Shown here piece after piece: positions 51,823 to 64,000 of a stretch of 64,000 nucleotides of DNA (position 1 is its first letter; every line of letters starts with the position of its first letter). The notes below the pieces were generated by a model that was not told the origin of the DNA, did no database searches, and worked only from the letters and a program-made list of their open reading frames with translations. Source of the stretch: Haliotis cracherodii (Eukaryota); assembly GCF_022045235.1 (NCBI RefSeq), contig NW_027266297.1:15376001-15440000 (forward strand). Reading direction: 5' to 3'. The position numbers and the translations under genes are program-made.

Positions 51823-54140
51823 ACCCAAACGTATTGGGTGGCCGGTTCGCTGGCTTTGTTGACAGTATGCCCTCTTACCCCGATGGAGTGAATTGTTGCT
51901 AACGATATCGGTCAATGGATTATCTGGTCCCGCCTTGATTGTTTACAGGAGTATAGCTGGAATATTGCTGAGTGCAGTGTCAAACAACAAACAAACAGTA
52001 TGTTTGTGGCCATGCATTAGTGGATCTAATTATTCTCTAGATTGGAAAAGTGTCATTCCTCCGCCACGAGAATCAACCATAACTGTGACGTGGACATCCT
52101 TCATTTCTCATGGATGTTCCTGTAAAAATGTTCCCTATTGCACCAAAAACCCAAGTCAGGAGTCCTGGGTTAGACGTGCCTACTCCAGTAGTCCGGGACA
52201 AGTGAAAGTCCAGAGGAACTGGTTGTTTTGTACCAAAGCCTAGCTGTTTTACACAAGCCAATAAGCCACTAGTCCGAAATGAGCTGTGGTTTGTTGGATT
52301 TGACCAACAGTGTCTACCTTGTAATATGTCTGTTGTACAAGGATACATTTCATACAAATAATATGTTCATGTTGTTAGATTTAGAGAAATCATAAATGTT
52401 CAGTTGACTTCTTTGCGTATGTTTAGCTTGAAGAGTTTTGAACATGGTGTGTCATTGTTACAGGTACGAGGTATTACCACCATTTGAAATACTAATGAAT
52501 ACTTATACATTTGGAAATACCATAATATTGCGTTTTTCAAAACCATTCATATTTTCATTTTGTTGTAAAGTTAACATAACAGACAGGTCTAAATGAAATT
52601 ATGAAAATCAATAATAAGCAACAGATTTCTGTGATCGAAGAAATGAAACTATACGCAACTAGCTTCCTGTATATAATGTATCAGTTACCCATCAATTACC
52701 ACAATAGAAAAACCAACAAAATGGCGACTCATAATTTGTGAAAAAAAGGTGCATGGAAAGAACGATGTATGAGTAATTTTTATTGAGTTTCATAACAAAT
52801 TGCAGATGTATGCATGCAATATACTATGGTACATATAATTGCAATACATGAAGCATTATTGTAATAGATTGCTATACAAGAGTCAGGCCAAAACCCATCA
52901 ACAGTTATTATTTTAAGAGCAGTTCTACAAGGTGTTATTATTTTAAGAGCTGTTCTACAGGAACAGTTACTATGTTTTGGGGCATATATGTTGTTAAGTA
53001 ACTTATTATTTTCTTTTACATACGGGCTATACACGTATGACAATGCCACAGATGCATGCTGTGTGTAAACTAATGTAACCTGTCACAGTACTGGTATTCC
53101 AGTATAAGTTTAACCAACTCACAAAACGCGTTTGAGCCAAGATGGTAGACTAACATCTCGTCTCTGAAATGAACATATCGTACAGAAAAAACAGTTGTTC
53201 AGTTATCTTAATAAAAATATAATAAAAAGGGAGCCCAGTGATTCTCTTCATTTTCAGATACAGCAGTAATCTAGACTTGCCAAACATTATAGACTTGCAT
53301 GGGCTGTATTTCATATATATTTGTATCAGGGTCTGTAAGACAGACTACCAAGTTGGCGGTGCTCAGTTGGGCAAACATATTTGGTTAGTTACAGGTACAG
53401 CGGGTGTACGCATGTTGTGCACGTGCAGGTCCTAACGATGAAATTGAAATTGTTATCATTATAAGGACTAGTGGACAAAATCTGTTAGTTTCTAAAACTG
53501 CTAAGACTATTAAGAGGTCGGTGTGACAAGAATTCTTTGCTGAGACACGCACATCCATCATACTACTTGTCGCGGACCACCCGCTACCCCTTTCTTCACT
53601 ATGGTACCTGCCAGTGAACAGACCTCAAACATAGTCATACAGGGTGAATTGTCAGGCCACAACTCCACTTAACCTGGCCCACCAGTTGTTATCATGCTGT
53701 TGTGCTTACTGGACAATGAAGTAATAGTGTACTGCCTTTATAACATGCTGATGCCCAGGATGAGGAAAACTCTGATAACTGTATAATCTGTAAATATTTA
53801 TCACATGAATAAGACAACCCAACTTTGAGTGTTGTTGATAAGTAACACTAAAATAGAGTATGGTTATAGTTTCATTACAGCCCTGTATCGATTTTGAAAA
53901 TACATTATTTGTTGTTTGTCAATATTGCCTGTATATGTAACAATGTGTTTTCAATGGTGTATTGAATTTGATTTTTGATGTATATTACATTTCCAGCTGT
54001 CGGTTGTTGTTTATTGATGCCTTGAGTCTGTCCTTTGTTGACAGGATTTTTTTATGTCAAGTTCCGGTCACATGGATGAAATACTGATGTGGCTTTAAAT
54101 TCTCACTCACTTCCTCGCTCGCTCACTCACTCACTCACTC

Positions 54141-54817
54141 GACCTGTGAAAATCAAGGGTACAATAGGTCTTCAGCAATCTATTTTTGTCCTAAAAGGCG
54201 ACTCTGCTTGTCGTAAGAGGCGACTAACAGGATCGGTTGGTCAGGCTTGCTGACTTGGTTGATGCATGTCATTGATCCCAATTGCGTGGATCGATGCTCC
54301 TGATGTCAATCACTGGGATGTCTTGTTCAGACTTGATTATTTACACACCACTCTCATATAGCTGGAATATTGCTGAGTGTGGCGTTAAACAACACTCACT
54401 CACTCACTCACTCCAGGATAGAATAAGTCTTCATGGTTCTCATGGTTGTCACAAGAGGCAACAAATGGGATTGGGTGATCAGGCTCGCTGACTTGGTTGA
54501 TGCATGTCATCATATCCCAATCACTTAGATCGATGCTCATGATATCAATCACTGTATTGCCTGGTCCAGATTCTATTTATATCAGACCACTGTCATATAC
54601 AGTAAACTACGGTTACAACGAACTCAAAGGGGCCACTAATTTTAGTTTGTTATAACCATAGTTTGTTATAAGCATATGATCAGCGTATAACAAATGGTCA
54701 GGACCAAATAATATGTTCATTATACCCGTCAGCTTTTTATAAGTGTGTTCGTTATAAACGTAGTGTACTGTAGTTCGAATGTTGCTGAGTGTGGCATTAA
54801 ACAACAATAAACAAACA
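54141..54817 (+). mobile_element. Two tandem SINE family A copies (54141-54413, 54414-54817), preceded by another (ACTC)n SINE tail
   Basis: Repeated family-A bodies joined at (ACTC)n tails. Confidence 0.8.
54600..54770. mobile_element. Tc1/pogo-type MITE inserted into a family-A SINE
   Basis: TA TSD; TIR CAGTAAACTACGGTTACAACGAAC / GTTCGTTATAAACGTAGTGTACTG; the SINE sequence resumes after 54772. Confidence 0.82.
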
Positions 54818-55084
54818 GTAGCTATATTGAATATTGGCAGTGTGTATATATGGCAGTGTTTATCACACAGTTGTTACTTGTAAGATAGCTTGCCTTTAAC
54901 AATATTACAAGAACGAGTATTGCATTTTCTAGTTTGTCTATCAAATATACCATCAAGACACATTTAAGGTTGAAACATGGATTTTTCATTTGCAGCCCTA
55001 TTGCTGGATGTCTCTCGTAGGATGGGGATGGTTAGTGGGTAACATGGTTAAAGTGCTACAAAAATAAGCTCACTCATTCCTTTA

Positions 55085-55240
55085 CAACATTAGAAATTGG
55101 CACTAGTCCTGTAGTCCTTGCCAAACTGCCCAATAGTTAAGGTATCATGGGGACAAGTAGAAATTTGCCATTTTTAAGGGGTTTGCTATATGTTATCATT
55201 ATAAGGACTAGTGGGCTAAAAATGTTAGTTTCTACCGCTG
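55085..55240 (+). mobile_element. 5-bp-TSD MITE copy
   Basis: TSD CTTTA. Confidence 0.82.
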
Positions 55241-58200
55241 CTTTAGGAGGTATTGCTGCTAAAATTGGTTTAGAGGGTTGTGAGAGGAAAAAATGTGTAT
55301 CAACAATGAAGTAAACTTGTTGCAATGTTGAGTTAAGCAGCCAGTGAAATAGGTGGGAAGTTTGCCTTTGATTCGCTGTTTGATGTAGATGTGTTCAAAT
55401 TGAGGAAAACTGTCAGAAAAACTTTATTTTGTCAGCTTAATGGGTTTGTCCTAACTCTGAAAGGCAATGTTTTGTATGGTTTGCGTTTACAGGTTCATTC
55501 TAATAATTATGAGACGGAAAAAGTTGGATCTCATTGCATTTGTAAATCTCAGTGCGTGATTTTTGAAAGGTTTTCGCAAAACACATGTGACTTTAACTGA
55601 AGAGTGCGACAAAAAATACCAGAAAGGTCTGAATGTGTTTTGTAGGTGTGGTGGACTCGAGAACACTCTTTGAAGAAGCTATAGTTCCAGTCTTCACAAG
55701 GGTACAAGGGTGGTTCTTGTGTTGTTCAAAGGTCAGGGTATCCTAAACAAGACCTGATGACTTGTTATGGAATTTCATAGATAAGGAAAGATGTATGTTT
55801 TGAAAAAAACATTCCATTTTGGAACAGGGCAGCATACACACAGCGTACATAAACATACAGTTATCATTCTGATAATATTTACAAAAGAAATGAAAGAAAC
55901 AAAGACAATATAGACATACAAATACATATTTGAAACCACTGTCGGTTTTATCCATGGAAGACATTTATCTTGACATCTCTTTGGGTACATAGTGATAAAC
56001 TATTTTCATGACAAGGTATAATTTCTAGCTTAGGATTGATTGTATCAGGGTCTTGTTGCCAAGTTCGTTTAATATCAATTTAGATCAAAGCTATGTTTCT
56101 TGGTCCTCTTGAAGCCCGAAGATGTATGAAATTTGATGTCCATACAACTTGTTCTTCAGTTGAAACAAATACAAAGAGAGTAAAATGAGGTTTGACAGTT
56201 TGCAGTACACTTATGTACCATAGCATTTGTCAGTTTGTCACACAATTACATGTTTTCCATTATGTGAGATAACAGTAAAATTCTGTTGTCATGGCAACAG
56301 TTGTATGGTCAGTGTCTTGTTGGCATGTTTTGAAAACAACGGTGTGCAGTTAGTTCATTCGTCTCCATGTCAAATGCAGAGCAGAGGGAGTAAGTTGTGA
56401 AGGCAACACATATTTTTTTTAAATAAAGCATTTGAAAAGTCAAAGGAATCTTGCCATGAACCTAATTTTCGCACATTAATTATTAAGGGAGCGCTAGATT
56501 CAAACACTAGCCAAGTCCAAGGATCCCAGGGCACCCTTTTTTAGGATGCTGTAGGTGTTGAACAATGAGCAGAGCGGAATTCCACCTGTCAGTCTGAATC
56601 AAGTGAATCGGTGTGAATTGTATGGATCACTGCATGCTCCTACTGATGTTGAAATCAAGGCCGACTCCCATGGATGCCTCAAAGGTCATTTCTCCGTGGG
56701 ATCATTGGGGCCACAATTAGGCTTTACTCTCTGTCACAATGAATAGCCTCTGGTCCCTGGAATAGGGGTGCATGAATGGCCTGCTGCCTGTGATAAGGGC
56801 ACACTATCTGCAGGATCTGGTTGAACTATTCTGACAGAGTTCATACTCATAGGCCCTGTGTGCATGTACAATATTTACTGTTATAGTAATCTTGAATTAA
56901 GTCCTGTAGCTTGTTGATGGCTTTGCCATTTCAGAGTTTAGATTTTGTAAAACATTAAGACAGTTGAGAATGTCTGAGGGACAGAGTTTGAAATTAATGT
57001 AAGTCGGTTGGTTAGGGACTAGTAAAATTGAGTGACATTTCCTTGTGGACTACAACTTTTACCGTTAGATAGATGGCAGATGAGTTTTGCAGACTATTGA
57101 AAATATACCCAGAGAGCATATAAAAGTAATCTTTCATTACCAGTCTGTGAGGTTAACTACTAGTTCAAAGCCTGGGGCTTATATTATGTCTTCAGTGTTT
57201 TAGCTTAGTTTATGACTGTCATTATGTAATGAGTAAGATCTGCCAGTAGACTCCAAGGCTTTTAGCTAAGATTGCATTACATTCATCTGAACACTTTGTG
57301 TTGAATTTAAAAAAATGTCTTTTCAATTTGTTAATTTACAAATTTGGGATTGTGTGCTTGTAATCTGATTCGGTGTCCCTTAGCATTTCTACCCAAAACA
57401 GAATATTCTCTGGTGGTATTACGTCCATCTGAATTCAATTAACTTCAGGCTGTGCCAGTCACTCTAACCTTGTCAGTGGGGATCTCAATGGAAGATTCCT
57501 GATATGATATTTCAGGTGTTTCCATCTATAACTGTGAACAGCTTAGAGTCTTGTCTAGTATACAAACCACACACATCACACACCTCACACATCACACTGA
57601 CGCTCTCGTGTCTAGAACTTGCCGGCTGTAGTACCAAGTCACATGACCTGGTAACATCCCCCAATCATGTGAGAAAGGCATTCCTGGAGTGGGGGGAGGG
57701 AGAGAGTGGGGAAGTCTCCCGGGCTGGCATTCCACCGGTAATGTGATGCCCACATGCCTGGGGTCATACACTGCGGTACATGGGAGGGGGAAATACCTCT
57801 CCCAGACAGCCACTTGTACATTGATTCTCAATAAATAATGTACAAGAACATTGTATGGAGCTAGTATGTTCTGTTGTTTTAACATCCTTTGAAGCTCTGC
57901 CGCAGGGTTTAGCCTGCTACATTTTGAACCTCTTCAGGTCCACGGCTGGAAGCTGGTGATGTTAGTGTTGGATAGAGGTGCTCAAGTTGCAGTTTTAAGA
58001 TGTGATTAAAAACCATGTTCTTTGAGTTTTTTGTCCCCAGTTCAAGTCAAACAGTTTTTTTTGCCTGCCTGTTGTACATATTCCAGGTTACTCATCAACA
58101 CGTAGTTGCAGAGACACATCAGCCAACTGATGATATGTGGCCTTGACCTTGGAACTGACAAGATTGGAATGGGAAAAATTCCATCATGCATAGTGAATGA

Positions 58201-61029
58201 GCATGAAGGGAGAATGCTTTCATTCATTCTTTTTAATTGTTGAAAACATTTTTTCTCTCTACGGTATTTAGATCTGTTCAGCTGTATTATTCATATCAAA
58301 ATTTGAAATAATTATTTTATATTTCTCATAAAAAACAACAACATTCTCTAAGAAACAAGAAATGACAAACAAGAGTAGACACATTGCTAGAAAAAAAGAT
58401 GATTGAAAATGTTAGGGTTTTTTCTTTGCTGATTTTTTTTGAGGAAACGGTTGCATTCAGCATGCTATTTGTTCCTTGGTGTTCTGTTGGATTAAACCTC
58501 GACTCAGTGTCTGTGTCATGTAAAGTATAATACAAATTGTCCATGTCTGTTTAAGTCTGTCTATGACTTGACAGCGGGGAATGTTCTTGCGCTTGGTGGC
58601 AGGATACTTGTCAATTTTTTTGTGGTATTTTCTCAGGAAAAAACACCTAAAGCATTCAAATCAAAACCAACTGGCTGCTCTTCTGAATGTTGGCAATTAC
58701 TGATGTGCAGAGTGGACCTTTGTTCTCATAATAATAAGATTTCCTAAACTTAGGGCTCAAGTATTTTTACACGATAAGATTTTGTCAAATCAAACTGTAA
58801 GTTCATTTTTAGAAGATTTAGAAATCCTCAAGAAAATAAACATGGTAAGATAAATAGAGAAGTATAAAATTAACAAGCAGTTGAAAGAAGAACATTGTAT
58901 TTAGAAGTTGACCTTCTTATGTGGAATGTCATAGTGCTGTATGTTCACTGTTCCACACCCAAAGCACATAAAATAGCACCACTGTAAGCTTCTTATTGTA
59001 TTTATCTAATGTGCTTAATCATCAGGGGAAGAATTTTACCATTGACATGCAGTTGAAAGTCAAATTCATGTCCAAATTTGAACGATGAATCAATCACATT
59101 CAGGTTGGGAAAATATCGAATGGAATTTTAAGCTTTTCTCAACAATTTTGTATGAAATTTCATTTAATGTTGATAATACTACGCCTCCCATTAACAAAGA
59201 ATGCCTGTTAGTAATGGTTTATGTCATGATTACTTGAGATTCAAAGACAATGTTACAGTTATCAGAGTGGCAGCTGCGCTCTCTCATTTATTGTTTGACA
59301 TTCCTGACGAAGGCGTTTTTAGTATCTTTGTTGTTTGTTTAGAGGAACATTTTTGGTCCATCTGTGCTTAAAGCGACATCCTGAGCCCTGTTCTATAAAA
59401 ATATTATTGGTTTGAATAACAATGAAATGCACTGTAGAATCCTTATGGATTTTTGTGGCGCCTACCAAGAACCATAAGGGACATATTTGGTAGCCACTGG
59501 TAACACATACACAAACAATTTAATCCATAGGGAAGACACTGAATTCTAGACATTGTTTGCAGGGGGGAAAAAATCCAAATATTTTCACCTTCACGTACAG
59601 GTTCTTCTCCAGTGAGTTATCGACTGTGCTGGTGTGTCTATGTGCAGGTCGGACCCATTAGATTTAAAGCCCTTATTTGAGTGCTTCATAATCAAACATA
59701 TTTGTATTTTGCGTGCGGAGGCGTGTCCGGAGAGAGTTGTGGATCCCAAGAGAGAAGCGAGCATTGATCACAGAGTTTGTTGGTAGCAGATGCACACTGG
59801 CCTGATAAGTACTCCAGTACATCGATGAGATTGTAGTACCCCAATCGTTGATGACGGAACATTGAAATACGCTAGGACCACTGGTTTGAGTCGAGTCTGG
59901 CAGTAATTAAAGACCACGGAAGATTGTCTGGCACAGGCTTACAATGGCGGCCCTGATCACTGGTATTAAACTTTTGCCTCTGCTGGACACTTAGTGCTTA
60001 GCATCAGAGATCGGAGCTGTGTAGCTCTCTAGAATGTCTGATGGGGACATAGAGCATCGGATTTGGTCAATAATAAGAATAATGAGGGAGCGTGGGAGAT
60101 GAGGTTCCGGGTCTTGATAACATAACTGGGATGGTTGTTCAATGCCTGTTCACCAAAGTTCCAGTTACATTGTTAGATTCCGGTGGGCAAACGTGGTGCT
60201 TAGTGTGTATAAGTGTCTTGGTATAAAGGAACATGCACTGGGAAAGTATGGTCGGGTCGGAGAGAAAAAAATCTCAAGGCTCAGTGTGATGGGTGTGAGT
60301 TGGTGGGGTTGGTGAGTTTTCTGTACAAAATAATTGTAATGCTTTTCTGGTCCATCAGCCTCATGATAGTGGTATAGGAAAGAAATATTTTGCGCCTGTA
60401 TTATTATCAGATAAAGATTAGTTCTAAACATCTTTTAGACTTTTAAACTTTTCAAGGAGCAGAATAGGTTTCAATGAACTCCTACATGCAGATTCTGGAT
60501 TCTCCAAGAACTCACTGCAGCCAACTGATATGGGAATCAAATGGGTACGACTGTGTATTTAACCTGGCTAATTATGTGTCATTGTAACTGGGTGGCTTTG
60601 ATTGTTGTTCATGATATCAACCACTTGTTTGCTTGGACATCGGCCATGCTCAACCAAGCAATCTTAGCGCTACGATTGTTATAAGTATATCTTATGGTAT
60701 GGAAGTTCCCATTCCCTTGGGGCTAAGATCGAGGTTGTGGAATGGTGCTAAGATTTAATTTTGTACAGACTACTAGGGTACATCTGGAATATTGCTGACT
60801 GACATAGAACACTAACGTGAAGAACTTGACATCTGTTGCATTGGAAATAAACATCTTAAATAGCAGGATCTATAAACATGATGAATTATGAAAATGCATC
60901 AATTTTTAACTGATTTGATCTAAAGATCCAACTTATTCATTAAATTCTTGATTAAACTCTGATTATGAAGTTTAATTGTCGGAGAAGACCATATATTCCA
61001 TATGACTTGAAAGCCATCCCAGACCTCCA

Positions 61030-61295
61030 GACCCGTGAAGATCCAGGGTAGAATAGGTCTTCAGCAACCCATGCTTGCCATAAAAGGCAACTATGCTTGT
61101 CATAACAGGCGACTAACGGGATCGGGTGGTCAGGCTTGCTGACTAGGTTGATGCATCTCATCGATCCCAATTTTGGATCGATGCTCATGATATTAATCAC
61201 TGGATTGTCTGGTCCAGACTCAATTATTTACAGACCGCCGTCATATAGCTGCAATATTGCTGATTGTGGCATTAAACAACAAACCAACCAACCAA
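61030..61295 (+). mobile_element. SINE family A (non-tRNA structured head GACCCGTGAAGATCC...), full length
   Basis: 12-bp TSD CCCAGACCTCCA; (AACC)n tail; many copies in the window. Confidence 0.9.
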
Positions 61296-61445
61296 CCCAG
61301 ACCTCCACTGGTCATGCTGGTTGGTAATCAGTCCTACTGACCTATACAGGCATAAGAGGCTTACCACATACTCCTCACTGATAAGTAGGAAGGGTGATAT
61401 TAATCATGAGCTCTGCACTTCCTGGAGACTGTTCTTCTGTTATTG

Positions 61446-61611
61446 GGGGCGGTCGGGTAGCCTAGTGGTTAAAGTGTTCGCTGGTCACGCCGAAGACCCC
61501 GGTTTGATTCCCGACATGGGTACAATGTGTGAAGCCCATTTCTGGTGTCCCCCGCCTTGATATTGCTGGAATATTGCTAAAAGTGGCGTAAAACCATACT
61601 CACTCACTCAC
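61446..61611 (+). mobile_element. SINE family B, tRNA(Asp)-like head, about 165 bp
   Basis: A box TAGCCTAGTGG, B box GGTTTGATTCC, GTC anticodon-like loop; 13-bp TSD TCTTCTGTTATTG; (ACTC)n tail. Confidence 0.9.
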
Positions 61612-61774
61612 TCTTCTGTTATTGTATCTATTGTGTTGTTGACATTGTTGACACAGACCATGATATGTGTCTGATATCTGTCTTGTCATATACTTGAGAA
61701 CTTTGACATGAACTTTTTGTTGGTGTTTGATATGTCATGCTGGTCGTGCCGAGTGGTATGTCTTGTTTGAATCT

Positions 61775-62140
61775 TTTATGATTGTATATAACTTGGACTT
61801 TGGACATAATGGATAAAAATGTGTTTTTCAAAATAGATATACATGTGTATTCTGTGGATGAATCATCTTTTACAGAAGTGAATGAATGTTGCTTGATTAA
61901 GGAATCTATTTATAAACGTATATATATAACTTGGACTTTGGGTGTAATGGATGAGATTTATTCTGTGGATGACGCATCTCTAACAGAAGTTAACGAATGT
62001 CACATGATTCAGGGATCTTTTTATGATCATATATGTGACATGGACTTCGGATGTAATGGATGAAGATTTTTCAAGTGAGATTTTTGGTGTGGATGAATCA
62101 TCTATGATAGAAGTGAACACATGGCGCTTGATTCAGGAAG
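61775..62140. repeat. Degenerate tandem repeat, about 110-140-bp period, 3 copies
   Basis: TGGACTT(T/C)GG..TAATGGAT and TGTGGATGA..CATC...GAAGT motifs occur three times. Confidence 0.65.
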
Positions 62141-63109
62141 TGTTGAAATGCATACAAGGGTGAATCAGGAAGACTATCTTGTATGCTAAGCATCATATTC
62201 CTACGTATACTTCCTGTTGGATTTGTTACATACCTCTACTTGAGATAGCTGTTGTGAAACTAGAGCAACGTAATACCAGCCCGAGCAGACATTTCACACA
62301 ACTGTTAAGCCTACTAATGATGATTAAACAATCTGCGACCTGGTTGGTTGTGTGTCATTGTACCTCACTGACATGGACTATAATTATTAGTGTTTTGGGC
62401 GACTTTTCAGCCTAGTCAAATTTTGATAACATTTGTAATTTTTTGGTCAACTCCAATTTTCAAGTGTATTCTTTCTTTGCCCTGCAGTTTAGGTGGAATA
62501 TTGCTGACTTCAGTGGAGAACAACATTCATTTTAGCCATGTCACGCAGTGTTGCCACCTGATCCACAATTTAGTCATTTCTTGCAACAAGCACAAGATAC
62601 AGAGAAAGCTTTTGACCCTTGAAATCCCCATAAATTTGATAGCATGAAGCTTGGGTATTATGGTTACAAATATAACTGCAGTGTTCAAAATTATGTCGGG
62701 TCCTTGAGATTTGCTCCATTTTTATTTGAATGTAGGGACCCGAAAACTCAAACTTAGAGTGTCAGGAAATAAGCTTGAAAGTCAAAGGGTCATTGTTGTA
62801 AACCTAATGTTAAACACCAGGGTTACAGCAATGACCCTTTGACTTTCATGCTCAATTTGTGACCCTGTAACTGTATCTTCTTCACAACACTGCATACGTC
62901 ATGACTGGAGTAACATGGATATGCTGGTATTGTATCAGAGAAGACCACGCCTGCATAGAGTGCATCCTCTCTTGCCTATTTCCTCTTCCTTGTGTTAACA
63001 GAGCATTACAGTTGATCAGAGGAGACCCTCACAAGAGCACATCCCTCCACAATCTGCTTTCTCTTCCTATAACCTAGTGTTCGCTGCTCCATTCTACCGC
63101 TACTATTTA

Positions 63110-63283
63110 GTGCTCAGGTAACCAAGTGGTTAAAGTGTTCTCTTGTTGGGCCGAATATCTGGGTTCGACTCTCCACATGGGTACAATGTGTGCAGCCCAT
63201 TTCTTGTGTCCCCCCAGTCGCTATATGGCTGAAATAATGCTGATGCATGGTATGTTTTAACTCACTCACTCACTCACTCACTC
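63110..63283 (+). mobile_element. SINE family B, diverged
   Basis: GGGTTCGACTC B box, GGTACAATGTGTG core, (ACTC)n tail. Confidence 0.75.
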
Positions 63284-64000
63284 TTGTGCGTTTTTCATGA
63301 TACTCCTGGAATAGTGCTGAAAAAATATAAAACCCAATTCCCTAATAAAAATAGTTGTGGTTCTAATTGCATTCAATTTCAAAATACAAAGCTGAAAGCA
63401 GAGCAGAACCTGACTCCCTTTGTTTTATCACAAGCAGAGGGGGAGATGGGAAATAAGAACCACATTTCTTTTAGGTGTATGTGACATTAGCTGAAAGTTC
63501 TCAGATCTGATATGTGTTCTGAATGCCGATGTCGGTCAGGATAATACATTCAGTTTCTCTACCATGTGAATCCCCTTTTTATTCGAAGTCCAAAACCATT
63601 GAATATTTCTTGACAAAACTTGCTATACAGATCAGTGTGGTGGTGAACTGGTGCCTTTTGATGATTTGGGATTTTGAAAAATACTGAACAGCATTATGTT
63701 TTTCTTCACTAAACTGAAGATATCCAATTGCAATGAACCAACAGTGGGGTATGAGTAGCCAAACTCCATTTTTGAAAATTGCACCTGACCAGGGGGATAT
63801 GTCATCTCGTGGTGTCTCTTGTTTCCTAGGCTGATGATGATAATTGTGTCAGGTGTGTGACAGTGTTGATGTATCATGCAATGAAACGCTGACTGAATAG
63901 AAGTGGCTCAAGTTTTATGGCATGTCTGCATAGATGTATTACTCAAAAAAAGTTAAAGATGACCTGATTATTTTTTTTTATATTAACTGCAGTAATATAA

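Larger units (their letters stand above)
51246..51997 (+). mobile_element. SINE family A copy interrupted by a V-type SINE, which carries a MITE
   Basis: Head at 51246-51310; body resumes at 51836 after the TSD ACCCAAACGTATT. Confidence 0.8.

Noticed and set aside
52455-52520. TAC GAG GTA TTA (YEVL) as UGCG exon 3
   Set aside because: It is one base out of phase with the adjacent AG, and similarity does not continue (no C...DPA)

Overview
AT-rich, intron- and repeat-rich animal genomic DNA. The repeat families look molluscan, probably a gastropod such as abalone (recalled similarity, not searched). Two host genes are divergently arranged about 12 kb apart. (1) A kinesin-13 (KIF2A/MCAK-type) gene lies on the minus strand: seven phase-compatible coding exons run from ATG 20606 down to 992, and the motor domain lies beyond the window start. 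(2) Ceramide glucosyltransferase (UGCG) lies on the plus strand: exons 1-2 at 32531-32628 and 37533-37671, then more than 26 kb with no recognisable exon 3. The rest is SINEs (two tRNA-headed families plus one with a non-tRNA, pseudoknot-like head), several MITE families (piggyBac-, Tc1/pogo-, Harbinger- and 5-bp-TSD hAT-like) and minisatellites. The most unusual structure is intergenic. A TSD-less element with a 'split palindrome' (23137-25478) sits in a palindromic target. Nested in it is a young 1.3-kb TIR transposon (32-bp TIRs, 8-bp TSD) with an intact ORF ending in a SAP-like motif and a PHD finger. Most ORFs in the supplied track are spurious.
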